Assembly (NCBI GenBank): GCA_964586355.1
Contig: CAZPGO010000047.1
Coordinates: 1-22,040, forward strand
Direction of reading: 5' to 3'
DNA length: 22,040 nt
Origin: an uncultured archaeon
GTDB taxonomy: Archaea; Iainarchaeota; Iainarchaeia; Iainarchaeales; CSSED10-239
Below, in pieces: positions 8,133-14,984 of this stretch. The position numbers and the translations under genes are program-made. A model generated the notes under the pieces. It was not told the origin of the DNA, ran no database searches, and saw nothing but the letters and a program-made list of their open reading frames with translations. Position 1 is the stretch's first letter, and the number at the start of each line of letters is the position of its first letter.

Positions 8133-10054
8133 AAAAAATAACTATTGATTCCATTAATTATGATACTGTTGGTTTATGCTGTGGTTTAGAATTACATCAA
8201 CAATTGGATACTAATAAACTTTTTTGTAATTGTAGATCTAGATTAATAAAAGAAGATATAAAGCCAGATAAAATAATAATAAGGAAATTAAGACCAGTTT
8301 ATTCAGAATCAGGGGAAATAGATTTTGCTGCTGAGGATGAGAGAAAAAAACAAAAAACTTATACTTATTATTTTTATAATTCTTGTAACTGTTTAGTTGA
8401 CTCAGATTCTCAACCACCAATAACCATAAATCAAGAGGCTTTAAAAATTGCTTTGGTGGTTTCAAAATTAACCAATAGTAAGCTAGTTGATAAATCTATT
8501 GTTATGCGAAAACAAGTAGTTGATGGTTCAAATGTTTCTGGTTTTCAAAGAACTACAATGATTTCTACTGATGGTTTCTTGAATTTTGATTTTGGAAAAG
8601 TAAGGATTGATAAAATACTTTTAGAAGAAGATTCTGCAAGGGCTATTGAAAAAAAAGAAAATGAAGTTATATATTCTCTAGACAGATTAGGTATTCCATT
8701 AATAGAACTAGTTGTTTGGCATGATATGCACACCCCAGAGCAAGTAAAAGAAGTCGCACTAAATGTTGGACGTTTGTTTCGCCTAACGGGCTTTGCAAAA
8801 AGAGGCCTTGGTTCTATTCGTCAGGATATTAATATTTCTATTAAAGATGGGCAAAGAGTTGAGATAAAGGGTTGTCAAGAATTAGATTTGATTCCAGAAA
8901 TTGTTAATAGAGAGATTATTAGGCAACTTAGTTTATTGGAAGTTAAAAAAGAACTAAATGACAGAGAGTTATCCCTTTTTACTCTTAAAGAGCAAAATCT
9001 TAGTGAAGTTTTTAAGCAAACAGAATCTAAGGTCATAAAAAGTTCTTTAGAAAAAAAAAAAGAGATCTATGGTTTTTTAATACCAAAAATGAAAGGAATC
9101 TTAGGTTATGAGATTCAGCCCAACAGAAGGGTTGGTAGTGAGATCTCTAGTTACCTAAAAGCAAAAACTTCTCTTAAAGGTCTTTTTCATAGTGACGAAT
9201 TACCTAACTATGGAATTTTAGAAAAAGAAATTGAAATGGTTTCAAAAAAATTAATTCTTAAAGAAAATGATGCTTTTATTTTGGTTGTGTGTAATTCTAA
9301 AGAAATAGAGTTAGTAAAAAAGGTTATAGAGGATAGATTAAACAAATTATTAGAAGGAGTTTTAAAAGAAACCAGAATGGCAAAACCGGATGGCAACACA
9401 GAGTTTGCAAGAGAGCTCTCTTCTGGTGCTAGAATGTATCCAGAGACTGATGTTTTGCCTATTGAGTTTACAAAAGATTTGTTAGATGTGGTTAATTTGT
9501 CTATTCCTTTGTCTATTGGTAAGAGAAGAGAGTTATATCTTAATAATTTTAAAATAAGTGAACAGTTAGCAAAAAAAATGTATTGTGATAATTATGCAAT
9601 GACTTTTGAAAAGATTGTAAAAAAATATAATAGAAATCCAACACAAGTAGCTGTCTTTTTGTTAGAAGATTTAATAAATCTATCAAGAGATAATAAAATA
9701 GTTTTAGAAAATGTTTCTAGCCAAAAACTTTTAGAATTTTTTGCATATAAAGATTTTGACAAAATTCCTAAATCAAAAATTTTAGGTGTTTTCGTTTATT
9801 TTTTAGAGAATGATTGTTTGGTAAGTGATGCTATTAATGATTTAAATATTTTTAAAGATGCTTCTAAAATTGATCTAGAATCTATTATTGACAAAATCTT
9901 TTTAGAATATTCTAAAAACATAAAAGAACAAAAAGAAAGATCTTTAGGTCTATTAATGGGAAAAACAATGGCAGCTACTAAAGGGCTAATTGATGGAAAG
10001 ATCATTTCTCAAAAAATAAATTCTAAGCTTTCGGATTTTTTAAAAGATCTTTGA
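8129..10054 (+). CDS. gatE: Glutamyl-tRNA(Gln) amidotransferase subunit E
   Basis: The N-terminus 'GLCCGLELHQQLDTNKLFCNC' matches the GatB/GatE cradle. 'GSIRQDINISI' and 'YPETD' motifs are present. The 641-aa size is consistent with the GatE-specific insertion and C-terminal tail domain. Translationally coupled to gatD. Confidence 0.92.
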   Translation: MKKITIDSINYDTVGLCCGLELHQQLDTNKLFCNCRSRLIKEDIKPDKIIIRKLRPVYSESGEIDFAAEDERKKQKTYTYYFYNSCNCLVDSDSQPPITINQEALKIALVVSKLTNSKLVDKSIVMRKQVVDGSNVSGFQRTTMISTDGFLNFDFGKVRIDKILLEEDSARAIEKKENEVIYSLDRLGIPLIELVVWHDMHTPEQVKEVALNVGRLFRLTGFAKRGLGSIRQDINISIKDGQRVEIKGCQELDLIPEIVNREIIRQLSLLEVKKELNDRELSLFTLKEQNLSEVFKQTESKVIKSSLEKKKEIYGFLIPKMKGILGYEIQPNRRVGSEISSYLKAKTSLKGLFHSDELPNYGILEKEIEMVSKKLILKENDAFILVVCNSKEIELVKKVIEDRLNKLLEGVLKETRMAKPDGNTEFARELSSGARMYPETDVLPIEFTKDLLDVVNLSIPLSIGKRRELYLNNFKISEQLAKKMYCDNYAMTFEKIVKKYNRNPTQVAVFLLEDLINLSRDNKIVLENVSSQKLLEFFAYKDFDKIPKSKILGVFVYFLENDCLVSDAINDLNIFKDASKIDLESIIDKIFLEYSKNIKEQKERSLGLLMGKTMAATKGLIDGKIISQKINSKLSDFLKDL

Positions 10055-10061
10055 TTTTTTT
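10055..10061 (+). terminator. Oligo-T tract directly after the gatE stop (archaeal-type terminator candidate)
   Basis: Seven consecutive T directly follow TGA at 10052-10054. Archaeal RNA polymerase terminates at oligo-T. T runs are common in this AT-rich DNA, so specificity is low. Confidence 0.3.
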
Positions 10062-10127
10062 ATTAAAGGAAACATTAATAAATAGTATTTCATTATATAT
10101 TTATAATATTAAAATAAGATTTTAAAC

Positions 10128-10883
10128 ATGGCTCAAAAACAAAAATTTATAGAAAACAAAAATTCTGCTACTTATAAGAACAATCCAAAAATAAGAGAAA
10201 AAAAAAGAAAAAAAATCTCTCCACACACAAAAAAAGATCTTTCAGCAAAACTAAATAGAAATGGTCATACTACAAAGAGAATTGCTGGTAATATTTTACA
10301 AAACAATCCTAAAAAATTAGCTACATTAGATTATAGTGATCCTGTGTCTATAAGAAATCATTTGAATAAAGAAAACTCTAATAAAAAGTTTAAAAATAAA
10401 ATTTTTAATCAAGATACTTATTCTAGATTTCTATATTATCCTGCAATCATATTATTTTTAAGTCTCTTGATAGACTTTGTTTTACAATTTGTTGTTTATG
10501 GTGTTGTGGACCCGATCTTTGTAAATATTGCAAAAAATAGTTTGTTTTTTGTAACTGTTGCTTTCTTTTTAATGGCAACCAATATTTCTTGTTATTTATA
10601 TCTTGGTTTTTCTGGAGCAAAATACAATTATAAATTTTGGAAAGTTTTTAAAAAAGTGTTATTATTGGTTTTAGCTTTTATTTTGATAGAAGGAATTTTT
10701 ACAGTTCTTGCATACTATACTTTTTTACAACCATATCTTTTACACACTTTTAGTAGTTTAGCAATAAGAAAATCTTATCTTCTTTATTTAATACTTTGGA
10801 TATTGTTAAAGGCAATAATGTATCTTTTGTTTATGTTGTCTTCATATTTTGTTTTTTATAAACTTAAATTTGTTAAAATTTAG
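10128..10883 (+). CDS. Membrane protein with a long lysine-rich cytoplasmic N-terminal tail, unknown function
   Basis: The first 100 aa or so are strongly basic and low-complexity ('REKKRKKISPHTKK...'). About 5 hydrophobic TM segments follow. No family recognised. Confidence 0.55.
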   Translation: MAQKQKFIENKNSATYKNNPKIREKKRKKISPHTKKDLSAKLNRNGHTTKRIAGNILQNNPKKLATLDYSDPVSIRNHLNKENSNKKFKNKIFNQDTYSRFLYYPAIILFLSLLIDFVLQFVVYGVVDPIFVNIAKNSLFFVTVAFFLMATNISCYLYLGFSGAKYNYKFWKVFKKVLLLVLAFILIEGIFTVLAYYTFLQPYLLHTFSSLAIRKSYLLYLILWILLKAIMYLLFMLSSYFVFYKLKFVKI

Positions 10884-10897
10884 GGGTTTTTAAATAA

Positions 10898-11416
10898 ATG
10901 ATTGTAAAAAAAAAACTAAAAAGTCTTTATGCTCCTTGGAGAAAAAAATATATTTTAGGTTCTCTAGAAAATAAGGATAATTCTAAAGCCTGTCCTTTTT
11001 GTAAAACAGATGAAGAACATCAGGTTTTTGAAACTAAAAAAACCATGATAAGATCAAATAAATTTCCTTATTCTTCTGGTCATCTTTTGGTTATTCCTAA
11101 AAGACATATTAACGATATTACTAATCTAACCACAAAAGAGAGCGAAGAGTTATTTAATCTAATAAATCTTAGTGTTTATCTTTTAGACATATATATGAAA
11201 CCAGATGGATATAATATAGGTTGTAGTGTGGGAAAAATAGCTGGGGAAAGTATAGATCACCTACATTTTCATATTTTGCCAAGATTTGCTGGAGATGTTG
11301 GTTGGAATAGATTAGGGGATTTTAATGTGATTAGTGAATCTCCTAAGGAGACTACAAAAAATCTAAAAAAAATAATAAAAGAGCAAAGATTACCTAAAAA
11401 GTTCGGTATTTATTAG
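10898..11416 (+). CDS. HIT-family nucleotide hydrolase/transferase (Ap4A phosphorylase-like subgroup)
   Basis: Histidine-triad motif 'HLHFHILPR'. 'GHLLVIPKRH' is present, along with the N-terminal 'APWRKKYI' that I associate with the Ap4A-phosphorylase-like HIT branch. Confidence 0.82.
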   Translation: MIVKKKLKSLYAPWRKKYILGSLENKDNSKACPFCKTDEEHQVFETKKTMIRSNKFPYSSGHLLVIPKRHINDITNLTTKESEELFNLINLSVYLLDIYMKPDGYNIGCSVGKIAGESIDHLHFHILPRFAGDVGWNRLGDFNVISESPKETTKNLKKIIKEQRLPKKFGIY

Positions 11417-11512
11417 TTTTTCTAATTAGAGATAGGAATTTAAATATAATTTACTATATATATATTATAAGTTTTAAAAAAGAATGTTAATTTAGAAGGA
11501 TTTGGTGGAAAA

Positions 11513-12022
11513 ATGATGACAATTTTAAAGAGATTTAGAAAAAAAATCTCTGGCAAAGGCTCTGTAGAGATTGATGATGATATTGTAAGAGAAGCGAAAA
11601 GAAGCTCAGAAAAATCAATAATGGATTATAAGGACTACAGATCAAAGGATATTTCTTGGTTAGAAAATCACCTACATGCAACAGAAGAAGTAATAGTTGA
11701 AAATAAATTTGGTGCAAAAAACAAAGCTCAGTTTTTGGTTGATGGGTATAAGTTTTTTAAGGATGAAGTTACTGCTGAATTATTAAACAGACTTTTTGAA
11801 AACTATAATGCTTATCATATTAATCTAAAAAAATATATTTCTTTAAGAAAAGAGTTATTAGAATACTCTAATCTAAATTCAGATGATAGTGTTTTTGCTG
11901 CAGGTCATGTAAAAGATACTGAAGATCAATTAAAGGGTTTTGAAAAGAAATTAAATGTTTATTTAGATAATATAAATAGATTAAAAAAAAGAATAAGAGA
12001 AACAGTAGGTTTAAACAAATAA
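11513..12022 (+). CDS. Hypothetical soluble protein, predicted helical/coiled-coil C-terminus
   Basis: Long ORF with a GGTGG Shine-Dalgarno-like motif upstream. Charged and helical in character ('LKGFEKKLNVYLDNINRLKKRIRE'). No motif recognised. Confidence 0.55.
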   Translation: MMTILKRFRKKISGKGSVEIDDDIVREAKRSSEKSIMDYKDYRSKDISWLENHLHATEEVIVENKFGAKNKAQFLVDGYKFFKDEVTAELLNRLFENYNAYHINLKKYISLRKELLEYSNLNSDDSVFAAGHVKDTEDQLKGFEKKLNVYLDNINRLKKRIRETVGLNK

Positions 12023-12047
12023 TTTTTAAAGGTGTTGTGAGAAGTTT

Positions 12048-12509
12048 ATGAAATATTTTATGCAAACAGCCATACTTGAAAGCATAAAAAGCATTTCAAA
12101 ATCAGGCGGTCCATTTTCTGCATTGATTGTGAAAAATGGCAAAATAATTTCTGTAGGTCATAATGAAGTTGCAAAAAAAAATGACCCTACTGCTCATGCT
12201 GAGATTATTGCTATTAGAAAAGCTTGTAAGAAATTAAACACATTTAATTTGTCTGGTTGTGAGATCTATGCCAGCAGTTATCCATGTTCTATGTGTTTAT
12301 CTGCTATTGCTTGGGCAAGAATAAAAAAAGTCTATTATTTTTTTGATTTAGATCATGCTCATAGTTCTAAATTTGATGATCAAGAAATCTACAATTTTAT
12401 AAATAATAAAAAATCTAAAATAAAAATGAAAATAGAAAAAGTAGATTTTGCAATAGAAGAGGATCCATTTGAGATCTGGAATAAAAAAAAGGATAAAATA
12501 AAATATTAG
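12048..12509 (+). CDS. guaD: Guanine deaminase-like CDA-fold nucleoside/base deaminase
   Basis: Zinc motifs 'HAE' and 'PCSMC'. It is colinear with my memory of B. subtilis GuaD: 'GGPF.A.IVK.G.II', 'DPTAHAE..AIRKACK', 'FDD..IY', and a C-terminal 'PF..W' tail. 153 aa. Confidence 0.75.
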   Translation: MKYFMQTAILESIKSISKSGGPFSALIVKNGKIISVGHNEVAKKNDPTAHAEIIAIRKACKKLNTFNLSGCEIYASSYPCSMCLSAIAWARIKKVYYFFDLDHAHSSKFDDQEIYNFINNKKSKIKMKIEKVDFAIEEDPFEIWNKKKDKIKY

Positions 12510-12528
12510 TTATTAAGTGATTATTTTT

Positions 12529-13527
12529 ATGTCGTCGTTAGGATATATAATTTTACTATTAATTTTAATACTTCTTTCTGGTTTTTTTTCTAGTGCTGAA
12601 ACAGCATTAATGTCTATTCATTTTATAAAAATAAAGTCATTAGTTAAAAAGAAAAGACCAGGTGCTAAAGTTTTATTGAAACTAAAAAAGCACCCTCATT
12701 ATTTGATAATTACTCTTTTAATTGGTAATAATATAGTAAATATTTTTGCAACAGCAATAGCAACTTATTTGTTTATCAATTGGTTTGGTGTTGGTGGTGC
12801 TGCAATTTCAGCAATTGTTATGACTGTTGTAATATTAATATTTGGAGAGATTCTTCCAAAAACTATTGCTATTCAAAACTTTGAAAAAGTTTCTTTGGCT
12901 GTTGCCACACCGATAAATATTTTGTTAAAAATTTTTTATCCATTAGTAAAGCTTTTTTCCGCATTAACTCTTACTCTAAATAAGGTAATAAAACCAACAA
13001 CTACACACAATATTTCAGAAGACGAGCTAAAAGTAATTTTAACTCTTGGTAAGCAAGAGGGTGTTTTAAGTAAAGATGTTGCAAAAATGATGCATAATGT
13101 TTTGGAGTTTGAAGATACTAAGGTTACTAAGGTTATGACTCCAATAGAGAAAGTGAAACTTGTTGATGGTAATCTAAAAATTGAAGAGGTAATTGACTTT
13201 ATTGTAAAGCACTCTTTTTCAAGATATCCTGTATACTTAGAAAACAAAGATGATGTTATTGGTGTTTTAGATGTTGATGATGTTCTAAAAGCTATAAAAG
13301 AAAAAAAAGGATCTTCTTTAGTAAAGGATCTAATAAGACCAGTAGAGTTTGTTTTGCCAACAAAGGAGCTAGCAGATATCCTTTATGACTTTGAAGATAG
13401 ATCTGTATTAATGGCTATTGTTGTTGATGGAGAAGGAGAGGTTTTAGGTCTTTTAACAGTTGAAGATATTTTAGAAGAAATTGTTGGAGATATTTTTGAT
13501 AAGAGTAATAAAAAGAGAAAAAAGTAA
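12529..13527 (+). CDS. DUF21 (CNNM-type transmembrane) plus CBS-pair protein; putative Mg2+/Co2+ transport mediator lacking the CorC_HlyC domain
   Basis: N-terminal 4-TM DUF21 with 'FFSSAETALMS' and 'GEILPKT'. A CBS pair follows ('VMTPIEKV...', 'VVDGEGEVLGLLTVEDILEEIVGDI'). The track starts at GTG 12517; ATG 12529 is the more likely start. The protein ends right after the CBS pair. Confidence 0.85.
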   Translation: MSSLGYIILLLILILLSGFFSSAETALMSIHFIKIKSLVKKKRPGAKVLLKLKKHPHYLIITLLIGNNIVNIFATAIATYLFINWFGVGGAAISAIVMTVVILIFGEILPKTIAIQNFEKVSLAVATPINILLKIFYPLVKLFSALTLTLNKVIKPTTTHNISEDELKVILTLGKQEGVLSKDVAKMMHNVLEFEDTKVTKVMTPIEKVKLVDGNLKIEEVIDFIVKHSFSRYPVYLENKDDVIGVLDVDDVLKAIKEKKGSSLVKDLIRPVEFVLPTKELADILYDFEDRSVLMAIVVDGEGEVLGLLTVEDILEEIVGDIFDKSNKKRKK

Positions 13528-13574
13528 TATTTTAATTGTTCTTATAAATGTTTGCATAATCTATTTATTCTATT

Positions 13575-14906
13575 ATGATTAATAAAATATCTCTCTCCCC
13601 ATTGATCGCCACGATCTTACTTATTGTTGTTACTGTTGTATTAGCAACCATAATTTTAACCTGGGGAAAAGATCTAGTTACTTCTTCTGTTCAAAATACT
13701 GATTCAATAACTAAAACTAATCTTTTTAGTGACAGACAATATTCTATTAGATTTTTAGAAGCAAAAAATGGCAGATATTTTTTTGATTATCATTCACCAC
13801 CTAGTGATGTTGAGTTTACTGTTGTTAGTTATGCTTATGTTGGTTATCCATATGTTCCTTTAGAACCAGAAAAAACAATAAGTTCCCAAGGCAGATTCTA
13901 TTTAGATCTTGGTATTGTTGATGAAGATCGTTTTAGTATTTCTTTACTTTTAGATGATGGAAGTTATTTAAATTTTGAAAATGTAACTAATGTTAATAGA
14001 TCTCCTTCTCCAAGTGATTGTCCTGTAGGTTATATTCCAGTACCTGGTAATCATCTATATGGAACTGTTGGATCAAAAGGCGGATTTTGTGTTATGAAAT
14101 ATGAGGCAAAAGTTGATGAGGATGGTGACGGGATTGGAGATGTTAATGCTACATGTCAAAATTCTAATTTTGGAACTTGGAATAATAATGGTGCTAGTTG
14201 TAGTTATACTTTAAATAATAGAGTTATTGTTTCAAGTGCTGTTGGATATCCATTAGCAACAATTTCATTACTAGAATCTATTACTGCTTGTGAATCTATT
14301 AATAGTAATTTAATAACAAATGATGAGTGGATGACAATTGCAAGAAATATTGAAAGAGTTTCAAGTAATTGGTCAAGTAATATAATTGGTACTGGATATA
14401 TTTATTCAGGACATAGTGATAATTTACCTCCGGCTGCATTAGCTTCCAATATAAATGATAATAATGGTTATTATTTAACTGGTCAAACAACTGGTAATCA
14501 AAAAAGAACTTTAATTTTAAATAATGGAGAAATCATTTGGGATTTTGCTGGTAATGTGTTTGAAAATAGTGAAGATATGAATTCTTTTTATTTAAGTACT
14601 TATTATGATAATTTTGCTGATTGGACAGAAATTGAATACTCTGATTTTTATAAATTTAGTTTTGAAGATTTAGGGTTAAAAGGTTATAAAGGTAATTTTT
14701 TATTAAATTCAGATTATAATAGTGATGCTGGTGTTGGTAGAACCAGGGGTGTTAGACATAATAATCCTTATAGAGATACAGCCCTTATTAGAAGTGGTTA
14801 TTGGAATGGCACTTCTGGTGCTGGTATTTTGAGTTTAGATGTAGGTGATAATCCTACTGGTAGATTTTCAACAGTTGGGTTTCGTTGCGTATATTATCCA
14901 GAATGA
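13575..14906 (+). CDS. Archaeal type IV pilin-like (class III signal peptide) surface protein with a C-terminal FGE-sulfatase/SUMF1-like (C-type-lectin-fold) domain
   Basis: N-terminus 'MINKIS|LSPLIATILLIVVTVVLATIILTWGKD' matches the archaeal pilin/flagellin N-terminal signature. The C-terminal half carries 'GFCVMKYEAK', 'ITACESINSNLITNDEWMTIARN', 'IWDFAGNVFE' and a terminal 'VGFRCV'. Their order matches FGE-sulfatase domain motifs as I recall them. Confidence 0.8.
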   Translation: MINKISLSPLIATILLIVVTVVLATIILTWGKDLVTSSVQNTDSITKTNLFSDRQYSIRFLEAKNGRYFFDYHSPPSDVEFTVVSYAYVGYPYVPLEPEKTISSQGRFYLDLGIVDEDRFSISLLLDDGSYLNFENVTNVNRSPSPSDCPVGYIPVPGNHLYGTVGSKGGFCVMKYEAKVDEDGDGIGDVNATCQNSNFGTWNNNGASCSYTLNNRVIVSSAVGYPLATISLLESITACESINSNLITNDEWMTIARNIERVSSNWSSNIIGTGYIYSGHSDNLPPAALASNINDNNGYYLTGQTTGNQKRTLILNNGEIIWDFAGNVFENSEDMNSFYLSTYYDNFADWTEIEYSDFYKFSFEDLGLKGYKGNFLLNSDYNSDAGVGRTRGVRHNNPYRDTALIRSGYWNGTSGAGILSLDVGDNPTGRFSTVGFRCVYYPE

Positions 14907-14950
14907 TCTAATGCTTATTCTAAAAACCAACTAGATGCTTTTCTTTTCGT
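14889..14950. repeat. Direct repeat copy A (62 bp), left boundary of the LamG-pilin cassette
   Basis: 'gtatattatccagaat' is 16/16 identical to 16088-16103. 'ttattctaaaaaccaactagatgcttttcttttcgt' is 34/36 identical to 16117-16152 (hand-counted). The two blocks are separated by a non-matching 10-nt versus 13-nt core. Confidence 0.85.
14915..14950 (-). pseudogene. Relic of the last 11 codons plus stop of the 156-aa gene (paralogous to 16117-16152)
   Basis: The reverse complement reads TKRKASSWFLE*, against TKRKAPSWFLE* at the true 3' end of CDS 16117..16587. Upstream of this the similarity stops. The track ORF 14915..15100 is therefore not a gene. Confidence 0.7.
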
Positions 14951-14953
14951 AAT

Positions 14954-14979
14954 CTTTTTATATGTTTTCTTCTTTTTAT
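14954..14979 (+). promoter_or_regulatory. Conserved promoter module (TATA-like 'ctttttatat' plus downstream T-rich block) of the LamG-pilin gene
   Basis: 'ctttttatatgttttcttctttttat' is identical to 21901-21926, upstream of the third pilin gene. The TATA-like element lies about 25-30 nt before ATG 14985, which implies a leaderless or very short-leader archaeal transcript. Confidence 0.6.
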
Positions 14980-14984
14980 ATATT

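Noticed and set aside
9051-9061. Homopolymeric A tracts inside genes as phase-variation switches (11 A in gatE; also 10 A at 10906-10915 in the HIT gene)
   Set aside because: They encode lysine runs in housekeeping genes of an extremely AT-rich genome. None occurs in the pilin genes, where phase variation would be meaningful.
8238-10005. Minus-strand ORFs 8238..8465, 8545..8733, 9208..9399 and 9796..10005
   Set aside because: They are antisense shadows inside gatE.
11535-12065. Minus-strand ORFs 11535..11717 and 11868..12065
   Set aside because: They are antisense to the 169-aa ORF and the deaminase start region. They are Leu/Phe-rich, have no start context, and are shorter than the sense ORFs.
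12936-13247. 103-aa minus-strand ORF
   Set aside because: It is antisense to the DUF21-CBS gene, which has clear family motifs.
14299-14490. 63-aa minus-strand ORF
   Set aside because: It is antisense inside the FGE-like domain of the pilin gene.
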